In this document: positions 38,315-50,824 of the stretch, in pieces | Position numbering within the stretch: the first letter of the stretch is position 1 | How the letters are laid out: every line of letters begins with the position of its first letter | Source of the DNA: Rhina ancylostomus | Taxonomy: Eukaryota | DNA length: 64,000 bases | Reading direction: 5' to 3' | NCBI GenBank assembly: GCA_030265395.1 | Contig: JARFYF010000002.1 | Location: 81,230,795-81,294,794 of the forward strand | Made by a program: the position numbers and the translations under genes | The notes under the pieces: model-generated | Database searches by the model: none | Seen by the model: the letters and a program-made list of their open reading frames with translations, nothing else | What the model was told of the DNA's origin: nothing

Positions 38315-39330
38315 CTCGAACCACAGAATGGCTACTCCATGAAAGAGGCCATTCAATTCATTGAGCCCATTGTTCTGAAGTAAGAACAATCAGTTGTTCC
38401 CATTTCCCTGCTCCTTCCCCAAAGCCTTGCAAATTCTTTCACCCTAGATATCTATCCATCTTTGCATTGAACACTGCAACTGAATCTGCCTTCATTATAC
38501 CCTTGGCTGTGTATTCCAGACCCTAACCACTTGTTGAATAAAAATAATCGACTTATGTTACTTTTGATTCCTTTGCCAATGGATCTATGTCCCTTAGTTC
38601 TTGTCGTTTCTGCTAATGGAATAAGTTCTATCTACACTGTGTATCTTCTTTAAATATCTCCATTAATTTTCCTCAACATATCCCTTGTTCCAAGAACAAC
38701 AACCAGTCCATCCATATCCCTCTCCCTTGAATCATTTTGGTAAATCTCTCCTGCACCCTCCTTAAAGCCTTCACACCTTTCTGAAGTGTGGCATAAAACT
38801 GGAAATAATATCCCAGCTATGGCTGAACGATGGTTTCATTAAAGTTCAATATGCAACTTCCTTGCTCTTGTAAATCTGGCATCTATTTCTAAAGCGCAGG
38901 ATCATGTGTGCTTTTTTTAACCACATTCTCAATCTGCCCTTCAACTTTCAACAATTATCCACATACCCCCACCTCTGTGTTCTTGAAACTCTTTCAGAAT
39001 TGTGCCCTCTGGTTTACATTTCCTCCCATTCTTCCCACGAAAATGTACCACTACACATTTCTCAGCATTAAATTTCATCTGCCACCTTCTTGCCCATACC
39101 ACCATCCTGTCAATACCTCCTTTAAATACATTACCATCCTCCTCACAGTTCACTACCCAATCAATTTTTGTGTCATCTGCAGATTTGCAAATTGTGTCCT
39201 GTACATCCGACCCCAAATCATTTATAATAAGAAAAGCAGTGGTCCTTTTGCTAGCCCTGGGGAACTCACTGTACTCTTTCTTCCAGTCCAAAATAATCTT
39301 TCACTACTACTTCCTGTTACTTAGCCTTTT
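38315..39330 (-). mobile_element. CR1 LINE ORF2 3' part
   Basis: FLIINDLGSDVQDTICKSADDTKI...WARRWQMKFNAEKC, with the CR1 tail at about 38320-38370. Confidence 0.9.
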
Positions 39331-39389
39331 CTATCCATGCAGCCAAAGACTCTTTTATTTCAAAGCTTTAAATCTAGATGACTAGCATA

Positions 39390-39745
39390 TTACGTGCCAA
39401 CTCAATAAGTTTGTCATCAAGACCTGCTTTAACAATGCCCAGTTTGTGTTTTGCCGAGTCCCCTTGGTTCCACACCTTATCACAGCCTTGATCCAAACAT
39501 GAACCAAAGAGATGAATTCTTGACACGAGTTGCGACTGACTGGCCTTGAAATCCAGGATGTATTTGACCAAATGTGGCATCGAGGAAGCCTGGTAAAGTT
39601 AATAAACTCCCAAAGAGGAATTAATCCCAGAGCTGGAGCCATTCCTCACACAAAGGAAGATAGTTAGGGCTGTTGATGCCAATCTTCCCGGCCCTAGGAC
39701 ATCACTGCAGAAATTCCTCAAGGTAGTGTCCTAATATCCTTAATC
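39390..39745 (+). mobile_element. LINE RT fragment, family of 2255-2890
   Basis: ALEIQDVFDQMWHRG (a 'LDIKAAFDRVWH' relic) and AEIPQGSVL. Confidence 0.7.
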
Positions 39746-40447
39746 ATTTTAAAGTGTTTTGCATGTTTTAATTTTTTTAGTTCAGTTAAATTTTTAACAT
39801 TTATAATGTAATTTATATTAATAGATTTTGACTATGTTTAATATATGCGAAATGTCAGGGATATTCACTGCAGCCCCCACGTACATAACATACCACACTG
39901 TAGTATCAGCTGTAACTTTTAATACAATCGTAGCAGGTGATTAGCCAGCGTCTATTTAATTTATTACAATAAANNNNNNNNNNATGTTCAAGATCTCAAA
40001 ACCACACGGGCACAGAGTTAAATTTATGTCCCCTTGATTATTAATCAAAAATTCCAGATTGCTCAAAACCCCCACATTACCACACAAGGGATAGTGAATA
40101 AAGCACAGGCCATTTCTTGACTTACTGCCAATTGGCTTTTCTTGGGAATAGTAATTAATTCTAGCAGACAGCTAAAGAACAATAATCTAAAATTAACAGA
40201 CACATATGAATAGTGATTGATATGAAGTCATGATCCAAGTGTCCAACTGTTTACTTATACAATAAATTAGAAAACCTATGGCTTAATTAGACATTTTGTT
40301 ACTGCAACATTCTGGTACACAACCATAAATAGACTAGACAGCTGGAAGACTGTTTCTTGTCTGACATGATTTAAATAATTTTCAGCTTCTATATCCTTTG
40401 TACCAAAATAGATAATGTCACAATCCCCCTTTCCACCACCACCCAAA

Positions 40448-40528
40448 CCCACACCCACCCACAATCTACCCTATATCTTCATCCACCCCCCACACCCACC
40501 CACAATCTACCCTGTCTCTTCATCCACC
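40448..40528. repeat. Tandem duplication, 2 x about 41 bp
   Basis: cccacacccacccacaatctaccct(a/g)t(a/c)tcttcatccacc occurs twice. Confidence 0.85.
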
Positions 40529-40529
40529 T

Positions 40530-43500
40530 ACTTAAGAACACAAGAAAGTAAGAGCACAGGCCACTGGCCAACTAGCCATTCAGGTTTGCCACACTATCCG
40601 ATATCATCATGGCCAATCTGCCCCAGGCTTCAACTCCTATTCTGTGCCAATTTCCCATGGACCTCAACTCTACAATCTTTCAAAAATGTATTCACCTCCT
40701 CTTTAAATACCCCCAGCGATCTTCCTCTTCTATAAATACCCCTAATGATCCACCTCCACAACCCTCTGGGGCAGAGAATTTTGAAGATTCACCACCCTCT
40801 GTAAGAAGAAATTCTTATACACCTAGTTTTAAATGAACAACCTCTTATCTTGTGACTATGTCTCTTGTAGGAAATTTCTCACTAGTAGAAACACCTCAAC
40901 AACTACTCTGTCATGCCTCCTAAGGACATCTAGATGTTTCAATAAGATCATCCTTCGTTCTTCTAAACTCAGAATAATACAGATCCATCTTCTTTAGCTG
41001 TTCATGATAGGACAACCTTCTCTTCCCAGGAGGTAGCCTAGTAAATCTCTTCTGGACCGCTTCCAATGCTATATCTATTTTCAACTAAGAGGACAAACCT
41101 ATACACGATACACCAGGAGCAGACTCACCAACACCCTGTACAATTGTAACAAAATTCTACTTTTACTCTCCAACCTCCTTGCAATAATGATTAATATGCT
41201 ATTTTGTCTCTTATCCACTTGCTGCAGCTGCCTAACTTTTTGTGATTCATGTACAAGAGCAACTAGATCCCTTTGTACTCCACTCATCTGCAATCTCTCT
41301 CCATCTCTGCCTTAACCTAAATACATCCCATTACAGATTCAGAGTCTTCTCTTCACAGTCTACTTTCCCACCTTTTTCTGCATTAGCAGCAGGCTTGGCT
41401 ACAATATACTCATTTTTGTTTCATTTAACTCATTAACATAAAGTCAAGGCCAAGATAAATTCCCATATGTTACAGCTTGCCAGCTTGTAAATTACCCATT
41501 AATTTGTCTTCTCACTGCTTTCCATCTATAAATCAATCTTTATCATAGATTCCATATTACCATCAACATTATGGGTCCTTTTTGATTATTACCCTTATAT
41601 AAAATTGTGTTGACTCTACCAAATTGTGTTATGATTTATCAAATATCTGGATTACAGTGATTTCCTGATGATTAATGTTAAGCTATCTGCTTCTCCTTCT
41701 CAAAAAGCAGTGTTACATGTGCTGTTTACCAATTAGCTGAAACCTTTCTAGAATCAAAGAACTTTGGAGGACCAATGCATCAACTAACTCTGCTGTCGCC
41801 TCTTTCAGAACCCTGGGACCTAGGCAATTGGGTTTGGTGAATTTGTAAGCCTTTAGTTCTGCTAATCTGTCAGATAATTTTTCCTGCATATTGCCTTAAG
41901 TTCCTCCTTTTATCACCTGCTTACCTACAGTTTTGGTTTTGTTTTTAGTGTCTTCTGCTGTGAAATTCAAAATGCAAGCTCAACATTTCTGCCTCTTCCT
42001 TCTTCCACTGTGTTAGCTTCCAAGAAACCAATGTTGCTATGTTGCTTCCTATATTGCTTTTTACATATGTTAAAATCCTATTTTATATTGCTTTCTGATT
42101 CACTTGCAATGTATTATTATTTTTTCCTCTCCACTGATTTTTAGTCAGCCTTTGATGGTTTCCAAACTTCTCCTAATCACCTAATCCTGACTTTTCACAA
42201 TTTTAAAGCCTATTCTTTCAATTTAATGCCATCCGTAAGATTTTTAGTTGCAAGCAGATAGGTCACTTGTATAAAGTTAAATGTATTTTCACTGAGAATT
42301 ATTAATCAATTTTTAAATTGCCAGTGTTTATCTACAATCACTCCTTTATGTTTCATTTCCCCACCTATTTCAACCAATTCTTCTCTCATACCTCTTCAAT
42401 TCCCTTTTAGCTTTTTTCTTAAATCAGAGTGCCATATTAGTAGCCTCTATTCAGGAGAACTACATCTTTAGCCAATGACGATCTAAAAATTAGAGATCCT
42501 GTATTATTTCCTCCCTTGCATCTTTTATGAGCCAGATGATTAATTCACTTTTGAGGATTATAGACCCCTTAGTCCTTCTCATTTTCTGTTTACTAGTCTC
42601 ATTACTTCCTATAAAGACCATAAGATATAGGAGCAGAATTGAGCCATTCGGCCCATCAAGTCTGCTCCACCATCAAACATTCCTCATACGNNNNNNNNNN
42701 NNNNNNNNNNNNNNNNNNNNNNNNNNNNNNNNNNNNNNNNNNNNNNNNNNNNNNNNNNNNNNNNNNNNNNNNNNNNNNNNNNNNNNNNNNNNNNNNNNNN
42801 NNNNNNNNNNNNNNNNNNNNNNNNNNNNNNNNNNNNNNNNNNNNNNNNNNNNNNNNNNNNNNNNNNNNNNNNNNNNNNNNNNNNNNNNNNNNNNNNNNNN
42901 NNNNNNNNNNNNNNNNNNNNNNNNNNNNNNNNNNNNNNNNNNNNNNNNNNNNNNNNNNNNNNNNNNNNNNNNNNNNNNNNNNNNNNNNNNNNNNNNNNNN
43001 NNNNNNNNNNNNNNNNNNNNNNNNNNNNNNNNNNNNNNNNNNNNNNNNNNNNNNNNNNNNNNNNNNNNNNNNNNNNNNNNNNNNNNNNNNNNNNNNNNNN
43101 NNNNNNNNNNNNNNNNNNNNNNNNNNNNNNNNNNNNNNNNNNNNNNNNNNNNNNNNNNNNNNNNNCACAATGCCATCAATTCCTTCATATAGATCATTAA
43201 CATATAAAGTTAAAATTTGTGTTCTAAACGCTGACCCCTGTGGAACTCCACTAGTCATCGGCAGCCATCTTGAGAAGGACCCTTTTATCCCCACTCTCTG
43301 CCTTCTGCCAGTCAGCCAATCTTCTTCTGTTCTATTCTTCTGCTATTCTTCATGTCAATCCTTAATGTCAATGCTTGTATTATTCCCCTCTTCACTGAGG
43401 ACAGATGAAAAGTTTCATTTAGAACTAAACAGGTTTTCTACCTCCACTCTCAGGTTACAGTTTGGTTTGTAATAGACCCTATTCTCTTTATTAACCTCTC

Positions 43501-44600
43501 TCTCAATACATTTATAAAATTTCTGTTTTCCCCTTGGTTTTACCTGTCAGCCTTTTATCACACGCCCTTTCTGCCCTCATAATTTCCTTCCAAATTTTAC
43601 CTCTGCAGCTAGTGTGCTCTTCTAGATTTTGTGGAGAGTTAAACTTTTTCATTAGCCTCTCTGTCTTGCTCTACTCTACCCTGTATATCCATATCCATGA
43701 GTGTTGGGAGTTGAGTACTTCCTTTTTAATTTTTATGGGAACATAAATGGCTCTCACTGCTTTGGCACTGATGTACTTTCAAGTAGCTGTTAACAATCCT
43801 ACTTCCTTTTCATAACTATGCTAAATGTAATTAGAATTGTCCTCTCTGAGGAACTTTCCTATTGTCATCCCTGCCTAACCTCATTTCCTAAAGCAAAATC
43901 NNNNNNNNNNATCCATCCAAAATATGAACCTTAAGCTTATCCAGTTGACAGCAAGAACTACAACGCAAAAAGCATCCTGAATTTCCCACATGGCATAGGA
44001 CGTGGATTCAACAAGAATGAAGAGCCTTATCATGGTATTTTGCTAGAATAATTAAAATCCAATGAACAAGAGAAGAAAAAAAGATACTCACCAACTAATC
44101 GATTTCCTTGTGATGAATGATATTCATTTTTCTCTCAAGCCCTTGGTGTAATCACAGGTTTGCTCCCAACACTGTACTCAGGTACACTGAGTTGAGGCAG
44201 CTGCCTGCACACCTTCCCCCTTCTAAATGTAAAACTAAGTTAAATTTTATTCAGAGATGGTCATCACCGTTAATACCACTCCTTCAGCCATCTCTTCAAA
44301 TCTGATCTGTCTAACATCATTCAGATGGTGATCCACAGATTATCTTTGTGGATTTATTTATTACTTTTCATCTTCATTCCTCATACTCCCTCTTTCTTAG
44401 TCCTACCAATATCACTGATTCTGTTGTAGACCAGAACAACTGAATTTTTTTCATCTCCAGCCAATAGAGATGCCAATAACCTGGCCTTGAGACATACACT
44501 TGTAACTATTGTAGCTATCCCTGGGCTACTGTATTCTTTCACTTCCACTTTTTGTTCTACTTTCTAAACTGGTGAAGCAATTGAACAGACAGAGGTGTGG
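40530..44600 (-). mobile_element. Array of minus-strand CR1 fragments, including a younger copy spanning the 475-N gap (about 42612-43322)
   Basis: QRDLVALVHESQK...LYRVLV and WLPMTSGVPQGS..LYVNDL; CR1 tails at about 40530 and 42615. Confidence 0.8.
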
Positions 44601-44634
44601 CCAACTAAAGTCAGTCTTCTCCTATGAACTATTT

Positions 44635-45065
44635 GAACGTAGAACAGTAGTGCACAAGGACAGGCCCTTCAACCCACCATGTCTGCAGAGACCATAATGC
44701 CAATCTCATCTAATCTTCCTGCATAGAGTCCATGACTCTCTATTTGCTGCCCGTTCATGTGTCTGTCTAAATGCCTCTTAAATGTCACTATCATATCTGT
44801 TTCTACCACTACCACCTGCCCCCAAACCCCTAGACAGCTACCACAATGTGTGTAAAAATAAATTCCCTCACAAATATCCTTTAAAATTTCCATCTCTCAT
44901 CTTACCGTAAACGAATGTTCTCTTGTATTTGACATTTCCACTTTGGGAAAAGGACTCTTACTATCTACCCTGTCTATGCTTCTCATAATTGTATCTACTT
45001 CTATCAGGTCTCCCTTCGGCATCCGACACTCCAGAGAAAACAATCCAAGTGGGTCCAACCTCTCC
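44635..45065 (-). mobile_element. CR1 LINE 3' end
   Basis: FKRHLDRHM and the 'gggttgaagggcctgtccttgtgcactactgttct' tail. Confidence 0.9.
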
Positions 45066-45069
45066 TACC

Positions 45070-45562
45070 TAAAAAAGGTTATGGTAACATTGGAGGCAGA
45101 CTAAAGGAGATTCACCAGACTAATTCCTGGATAACAGGGTTGTCTTATCACGAGAGGCTAGACAGTTTAGGCTGGTATTCCCTGGAGTTTAGAAGAATGG
45201 CGGGTGATGTTTTTTAAATATGTAAGATCCTCGCAGGGTTTGGCAGCATAGATATTGAGATGTTTCCACCTGCTGGAAAGTCATAAACAAGAGGGCATCA
45301 CTACAAAATAAGGGACCTTTCTTTTCTTGGAGGGGAGTGAATCTCTGGAATTCTCTGCCCATGATAGTAGTGGAGACAAGATCATCAGATATTTTTAAGG
45401 TGGAGATAAGTAAATATTGTAACAGTTGAGGGATTGAGTTTATGAAAAAGTGGCACAGAAGAGGAGTTGAGAACAGTGTAGATCACTCATGATAATATTG
45501 AATGGCAGGGCTAGCTTGAGAGGCCTGGTAGCCTACTACTGTTTGTACTTTCTTGTGTTCTT
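45070..45562 (+). mobile_element. CR1 LINE 3' end
   Basis: RRFTRLIPG.TGLSYHERLDSLGWYSLEFRRMAGD, VNLWNSLP and the tail. Confidence 0.9.
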
Positions 45563-45584
45563 GTATCAGAACTATTTCTGTCTG

Positions 45585-45825
45585 TCGTCATTTCGGCTCA
45601 GTTTTTCTTTCTCTCAGTCATTTGGTCTCACCTCATCAAAGATATTCCCTTTGTTCTACCCATCCCCCTCCCCTACCTTCTCTGCTACTGAAACTATCTT
45701 GGTTTCTCTCCTTCCCAGTTCTGATGAAGGGTCACAGAGCTGAAACGTTAACTGTTTCTCTTTCCGTGAATGTTGCCTGACCAACTGAATGTTTCCAGCA
45801 ATTTCTATTTTTATTTCAGATTTCC
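45585..45825 (+). mobile_element. Penelope-like terminal repeat with the best-preserved hammerhead core
   Basis: CAGTT-CTGATGA-AGGGTCACAGAGCT-GAAACGTT-AACTG at 45716-45754. Confidence 0.7.
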
Positions 45826-47029
45826 TGTGTCTAAATTTTTTTTTGATTTTCAACAAGACACACATTTGGATTAACTCATATCTTAAGAAGGTGATGATTA
45901 ATTTCTTCATCTTTCATGCTAATCCTTGAACCATAAAACTGAGAGATTATCATCTTTAACTCCATTCTTAAATCTCATTCTTAAAACAAGGGAACATAAA
46001 AGGAACATGGCTTTTCCCTCTTGCACTGGTTATTGCATCATTTACCCAGCACAGACTAGCCTGCTTAATTTGAAATTTTGAACTGCTGAATTTGAAGCCT
46101 ATAACATTTTAAATGTCCTTTTCGGTGTGCATTTCCAGTCTCTATGAATTGCTTCTCTGTATTACCACTATGAAGATAAACAGTATACATTAGGTTCAAT
46201 TGGTTCATCTGATAAGGGTTGCTTTCTTACTCAATAACCTGCACTCATGATTAATTCTTTTTAAAACCAATTATCCTGCTATCCAGTATCTCATTAAACA
46301 AAAATACATCTAATGCCATGCCTTTGCTACTCAGGAATGCATATACTCACGCTAACTATGAGCTCTGAGTATGCTCTAAAAGCACAGGCATAATATCTCT
46401 CACAACTCCTTTAAACAATTACATCAACAAATTATTCACTTTTAATACAGCAAAAATGGTAATGAAGCTGCCTCTTAGTTTCATTCAGATCCTGCTATTA
46501 CACTTCATATATTGTGAAAATAAATCATGTTATCGATTGGGAGAATTGTGAATGCAATTTGACTTAAGGCATCCTATATCAGCAATATCATTGATGTTGA
46601 TGATTAAAAAATAAACACCATTTTGATAATGTTCAACACATGAGAATTGGTAAATTAATGATGATGCACATTTAATAGTTAATTACACAGATATCAGTTG
46701 GGTAAGAATAATGTGAGCTGTGTTGCTTTCCATTTGAAGAATTTAGGAAATTGCAAATAAATAACATGCATTTCTGCTTCACTTGAAATCCTCCCATTCA
46801 TCGGAACCGCCAGCATACCACTGTGGTCCAACCTTTGAGCCAAATGTTAGAAAGAAGTCGTCTAAATGATAATTATTTTGTGTATGATGATGGTTCTAAA
46901 TGGCATATTTGAAATGTTGATTGTTGTTAGTCCAGGGAATTACCTTAGAACTAGTACTATGCTTGTTAATCATTCCATATGAACAGGATCAGTAAAGTCT
47001 TGACTGGACCCTTCAGCCAAATCACATAC

Positions 47030-47830
47030 CAACAGATCTAGTACAACTGCAGCCACATAGCAAGGTCAGAACCATCTTGTAGTCAAGGTCAAAGTTGCCC
47101 TGAACATCTTTGCCATGAGTTCCCTCATCTGTGAACCTTTAACATATTATGAGTTTCAGCACACCTCTGCATTAGGGAAGACACAGAGGTGCTTTATTGT
47201 AAGAGATGAACGTTCATCTCCTTTCTCCTAGAGAAAACAGCCAGCCCATATAAGGGGCTTTGCCAGAATTACGGACTTCCTGATTGTCCAGGAGCAATCA
47301 CTTGTGTGCAAGTTGTCCTTGAAATTGCCCCAAACCACCCAAAGATTGTCACTGACCAGGAGTTAAATCAATTAAAGTACAACTAGAATGTGACCACAGC
47401 CTGAAAATCTTATGGCTTAATTCAAGGTACCTGGAGAACAGCCATCATAGCTTTATTACTGATCCTCAACATTTGATCCAACTGGCTAGACCAGTGGGTG
47501 GTTGCTATCTCCAATGACCTGGATACTCACCTATGCACCGGAGCTAAGTGGTCAAACAATGAGCCACACAGCAACTCATAAACTTAATTCATTACACAAT
47601 ATCTGACCAAAAGCAAAGCTTCTGCTCCTTGGACAAATCTTATGGGACCTCACAGAATATTCGAGAGATGATAGCTAGATTTGCGGTGGGTAACTACATT
47701 CTACAATAACTGGCAAAAATGCCTGCTCAAGCACAACCAGAACCTGGGCACTGGAAGAAGAACCACAAGAAGAAGGGGAGGAAGAACAGGCAGCAAACAG
47801 AAGGAAACACATTAGTTTGGCAGAGACGGA
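47030..47830 (+). pseudogene. PIF/Harbinger (HARBI1-like) DDE transposase relic
   Basis: Colinear hand-translated blocks: VVKVKVALNIFA, HLCIREDTEVLY..FISF, RGFARITDFLIVQ/GAITCVQV, SIKVQLECDHSLKILWLNSRYLENSHHSFI, GWLL..MTWILT and KQSFCSLDKSYG..FAVGNYILQ*LA. Many stops and frameshifts. Confidence 0.85.
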
Positions 47831-48707
47831 TACTTTGGCTTTACTTTATTGAAGATTGGCCCCGAAATCACAACCACTGCATTTCCTATTTTACTTTCTC
47901 ACTGCAACTCATTTTGAGTCCTTTTGTCCAAAATCACAATACACCAATTACTTTCCTGTTCTACTGCTCCAATGTGGTGTTCACCCCGTGACTGGAGCAC
48001 GGCTGATTGAAGGCTCCCGATTGCTCCTGGCTGCTAATGCAAAGGGTGGCTGGCATCACCTTGCAGCAGGAAAGTAACTTCACGATTTCCAGCACCACTC
48101 CAACGAACATCATCAATCCTAGTTAATATGTTTGAGAACAAATTCCTGGGCTGTCGTGACAGGCTACAAGGCCCATTCAACTCTGGAACCAAACGTCACA
48201 ATGGCAGCTGCCCAAGTCTACACTGCAGCACTGAGACATTGGGTAGCTTCTGCTTGTACTACAATGGAAATCAAGACAATGGCCAATGTTGCATGATGGT
48301 TGGTCAACTAATGTGGTATGGAGTTACCAATATTTTCCAAGCTCGACACAAAGCCATCTGCGAGGTTTAAGCTGGACTCATATTCCTTGCTATTCCATGC
48401 AGACTTTTGTACAATCAATCCACTATGTATTTCATTGTACATGCAGTTCAGCCTTGCTCTGTCATTGTCCTAACTCCTTTGCAACCAAAATCATGTGTGA
48501 TGTCACCCTTTCCTCCCATCCTGACTGTAAGTCACTGGTGCCCAGTGACTTGCTATAGATAGATATCACTCTACCACAAATAGTTGTTGTTCCAATAGCT
48601 GAATTGCTGGATTAAATAAAAACTTCCATCCTGATGTTGTCCAACATTTTATCAAATGTGTCCTCTGCTACCTGAAAAATACAAGAGTGGTGCTCTGGAA
48701 TAGAGGA

Positions 48708-48820
48708 GTCGACTGAAATGTCGACAATTTCTTTCCCCCAACAGATGCTGCTCAACCCACTGAATTCCTCCAGCAGATTGTTTGTTGCTCCAGATTCCAG
48801 CATCTGCAGTGTCGTGTCTC
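48708..48820 (+). mobile_element. Penelope-like terminal repeat fragment
   Basis: 'ctgaaatgtcgac..cagatgctgctcaacccactgaattcctccagc..tccagattccagcatctgcag'; same family as 13765. Confidence 0.7.
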
Positions 48821-48924
48821 CACAGGAGGAGATACATGCCTTCAATATGCAGATCACATATATCAGAAGATATTGTGCAAGACTGTGGAAAATGAAGAGG
48901 AGGATGAGTCATAAGCATAGCGCT

Positions 48925-49840
48925 ATCTCCCCAGTTTCAGCATCACCTACAGCAATGGTTTGTGCAACTGAATCACTATATATAACAACCACTCTCTCCT
49001 CCAGAACAACGAGCAAAAAGTACACTTGTGCTTTGCCATCTGCTACAATTGCCACATTGTCCTGCAAGAGATAGGGAAATGTGTTTGCGATTCACATGCA
49101 ATAGTCCTGGCCAATATTCCTGCTAAAGTTTAAGAAATGGCAATCTGTGATCAAGTGTGTGTTGGAGTACAGGCTGTCCTTGAGTTATGAATGCTGAATT
49201 TAAGGACACTCATTCATAGGAGTGAGCTCCCATAGTATGAAATTCAAAATTTCAACATACATACATTTGTATGTCGAGTTCCTCCAGCATCATAGTGTGA
49301 TGCTGCCTGGCCTGCTGAGTCCCTCCAACATCAGTGTTTTTCATTTACACACGTTTGTTCCCATTGAATGGCAGACATAGTTTCCTCTCTCTCACCACTT
49401 TTTGTAATTGTTCTTTCTTATCAGTCTTATGTGATTTTGATGCCATTCATTACAAAACTGTGGAGGGGCAGTTACCTTATCGAGTGATTTTTATGTATTT
49501 TTCAGTTTATAGACAAAATCAACAAATGGAATTTGTATAAATGGAACCCATGCATTACCTGCGACAGCCTGTAGAGGTAAAAATGTGATCAGGCACATGA
49601 CTTTTAAACAGGAATCCTAATTGCTGTTTACTAAATAATAACAACCTATTGCACTGTGCAATGTGAAAAGCCTTTGAAGCACTGACCACTTATGTGAGCA
49701 TTAAATGTCTTCTGGTACTGAATCCAGGTCCTTGCACTTCCCATTGATTGACTTCCTATGGAGCTTCTTCTGTGCAGTCCTTCTCTCCACCTCTTCCAAT
49801 AGTACCTCAAGTGTTCTATCAGAGAAATGGGAAGCATGCC
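48925..49840 (-). pseudogene. Harbinger Myb/SANT-like partner gene relic (two exon-like blocks)
   Basis: HASHFSDRTLEVLLEEVERR...RTWIQYQKTFNA at about 49690-49840. A second block, GKAQVY..LEERVVVI..AVGDAE, follows a 'ctcttgcag' acceptor near 49062. Confidence 0.7.
49170..49571. mobile_element. Tc1/mariner-superfamily (Tigger/pogo-like) MITE
   Basis: TA|CAGGCTGTC ... GACAGCCTG|TA terminal inverted repeats with TA flanks and no coding capacity. A related right end lies at about 12270-12318. Confidence 0.75.
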
Positions 49841-50824
49841 TGCAGCGATTAACCTTCATGTAGCACAATGCTCTCCAATCCGTGGAAGGATTTCTACCAC
49901 AAAGAATCCATTGATATATGTAATAGACTAAAACCGTTGGTTCCCACTGCAGAAAATACCACCATTAACGATGGCAATACTGGCCCAGTTACTCCAAACA
50001 AGATAATAAGGACTAAAATTTCTCAGGTAATCAATACTGGCTCAAATGAGCACAGAATAGACAATGAGAGCTTTGTGCCATTTCCTCAGTGACATCTAAT
50101 CACTTCTTTCTGTGTAATCTAGATTATGCAGATCAATTCAATGGTGTAAAATTCCTTAAACCAGGTAAATACTTACACTGACAACCTTGCTTTAGAAGAA
50201 ATTGTGTTGGGAACATTAACCCAAATGATAAGAAAGATTAGGAAAACAGAGGTTTTCATTTCAACAGAAGAAATCATTACAAATCATCAGCTCCAAACCA
50301 AGCATTTTTTAAACTCCAAGGCTGATGGACAGTTGTCATCAACAAGAAATATGCAATCCCCAACAATCCAGTCCCGAAAGGAAACTGCAGGTTACAAGTA
50401 GAATGCAGGAACATTCATCATCATAATCATCATCTCTACCTTTCAACAAGCAGAGTTCTTTAACATTAGATCTAAAATTCATGACAGAGATCTGAAGTTC
50501 TAATAACTGTAAGAAACCAATTTACCATATCAAGATCAGCCTAAATCAAATCAACCAGATTCTTCATAATTGATCCCATAGGTTGGGTGGCCCAAACTGC
50601 AGTTTTGGACTACACCCATAGCCTTGGAAGTTTAGAAACCATCAAACTTCATTTATTATTGAAAAATGAAATAGTTATTCTTAGTGTCTTCAGATATGTC
50701 AATCAAAGTCAATCTCCAGTCTTCAGTGGTGCTGTTGTGATGGTACACTGAGGCATCATACAGTAAGCCCTTGGGTACTGTAAAGATTCTGTTACCTTAC
50801 TATATATCACAGGAGTTTGGAACC

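Larger units (their letters stand above)
46781..49898. mobile_element. Fossil two-gene Harbinger transposon with nested insertions
   Basis: Convergent transposase and Myb relics bounded by an imperfect inverted repeat, GAAATCCTCCCA (46785) / TGGAAGGATTTC (49883), 11 of 12 positions matching. Confidence 0.65.

Noticed and set aside
42527-43472. Long ORFs (176-277 aa) in the ORF track
   Set aside because: They are artefacts of translating through the N gap; the flanks are CR1 sequence.
44635-45562. Back-to-back CR1 fragments as a twin-priming inversion
   Set aside because: Both pieces cover the same 3' region and have different tails, so two independent insertions are more likely.
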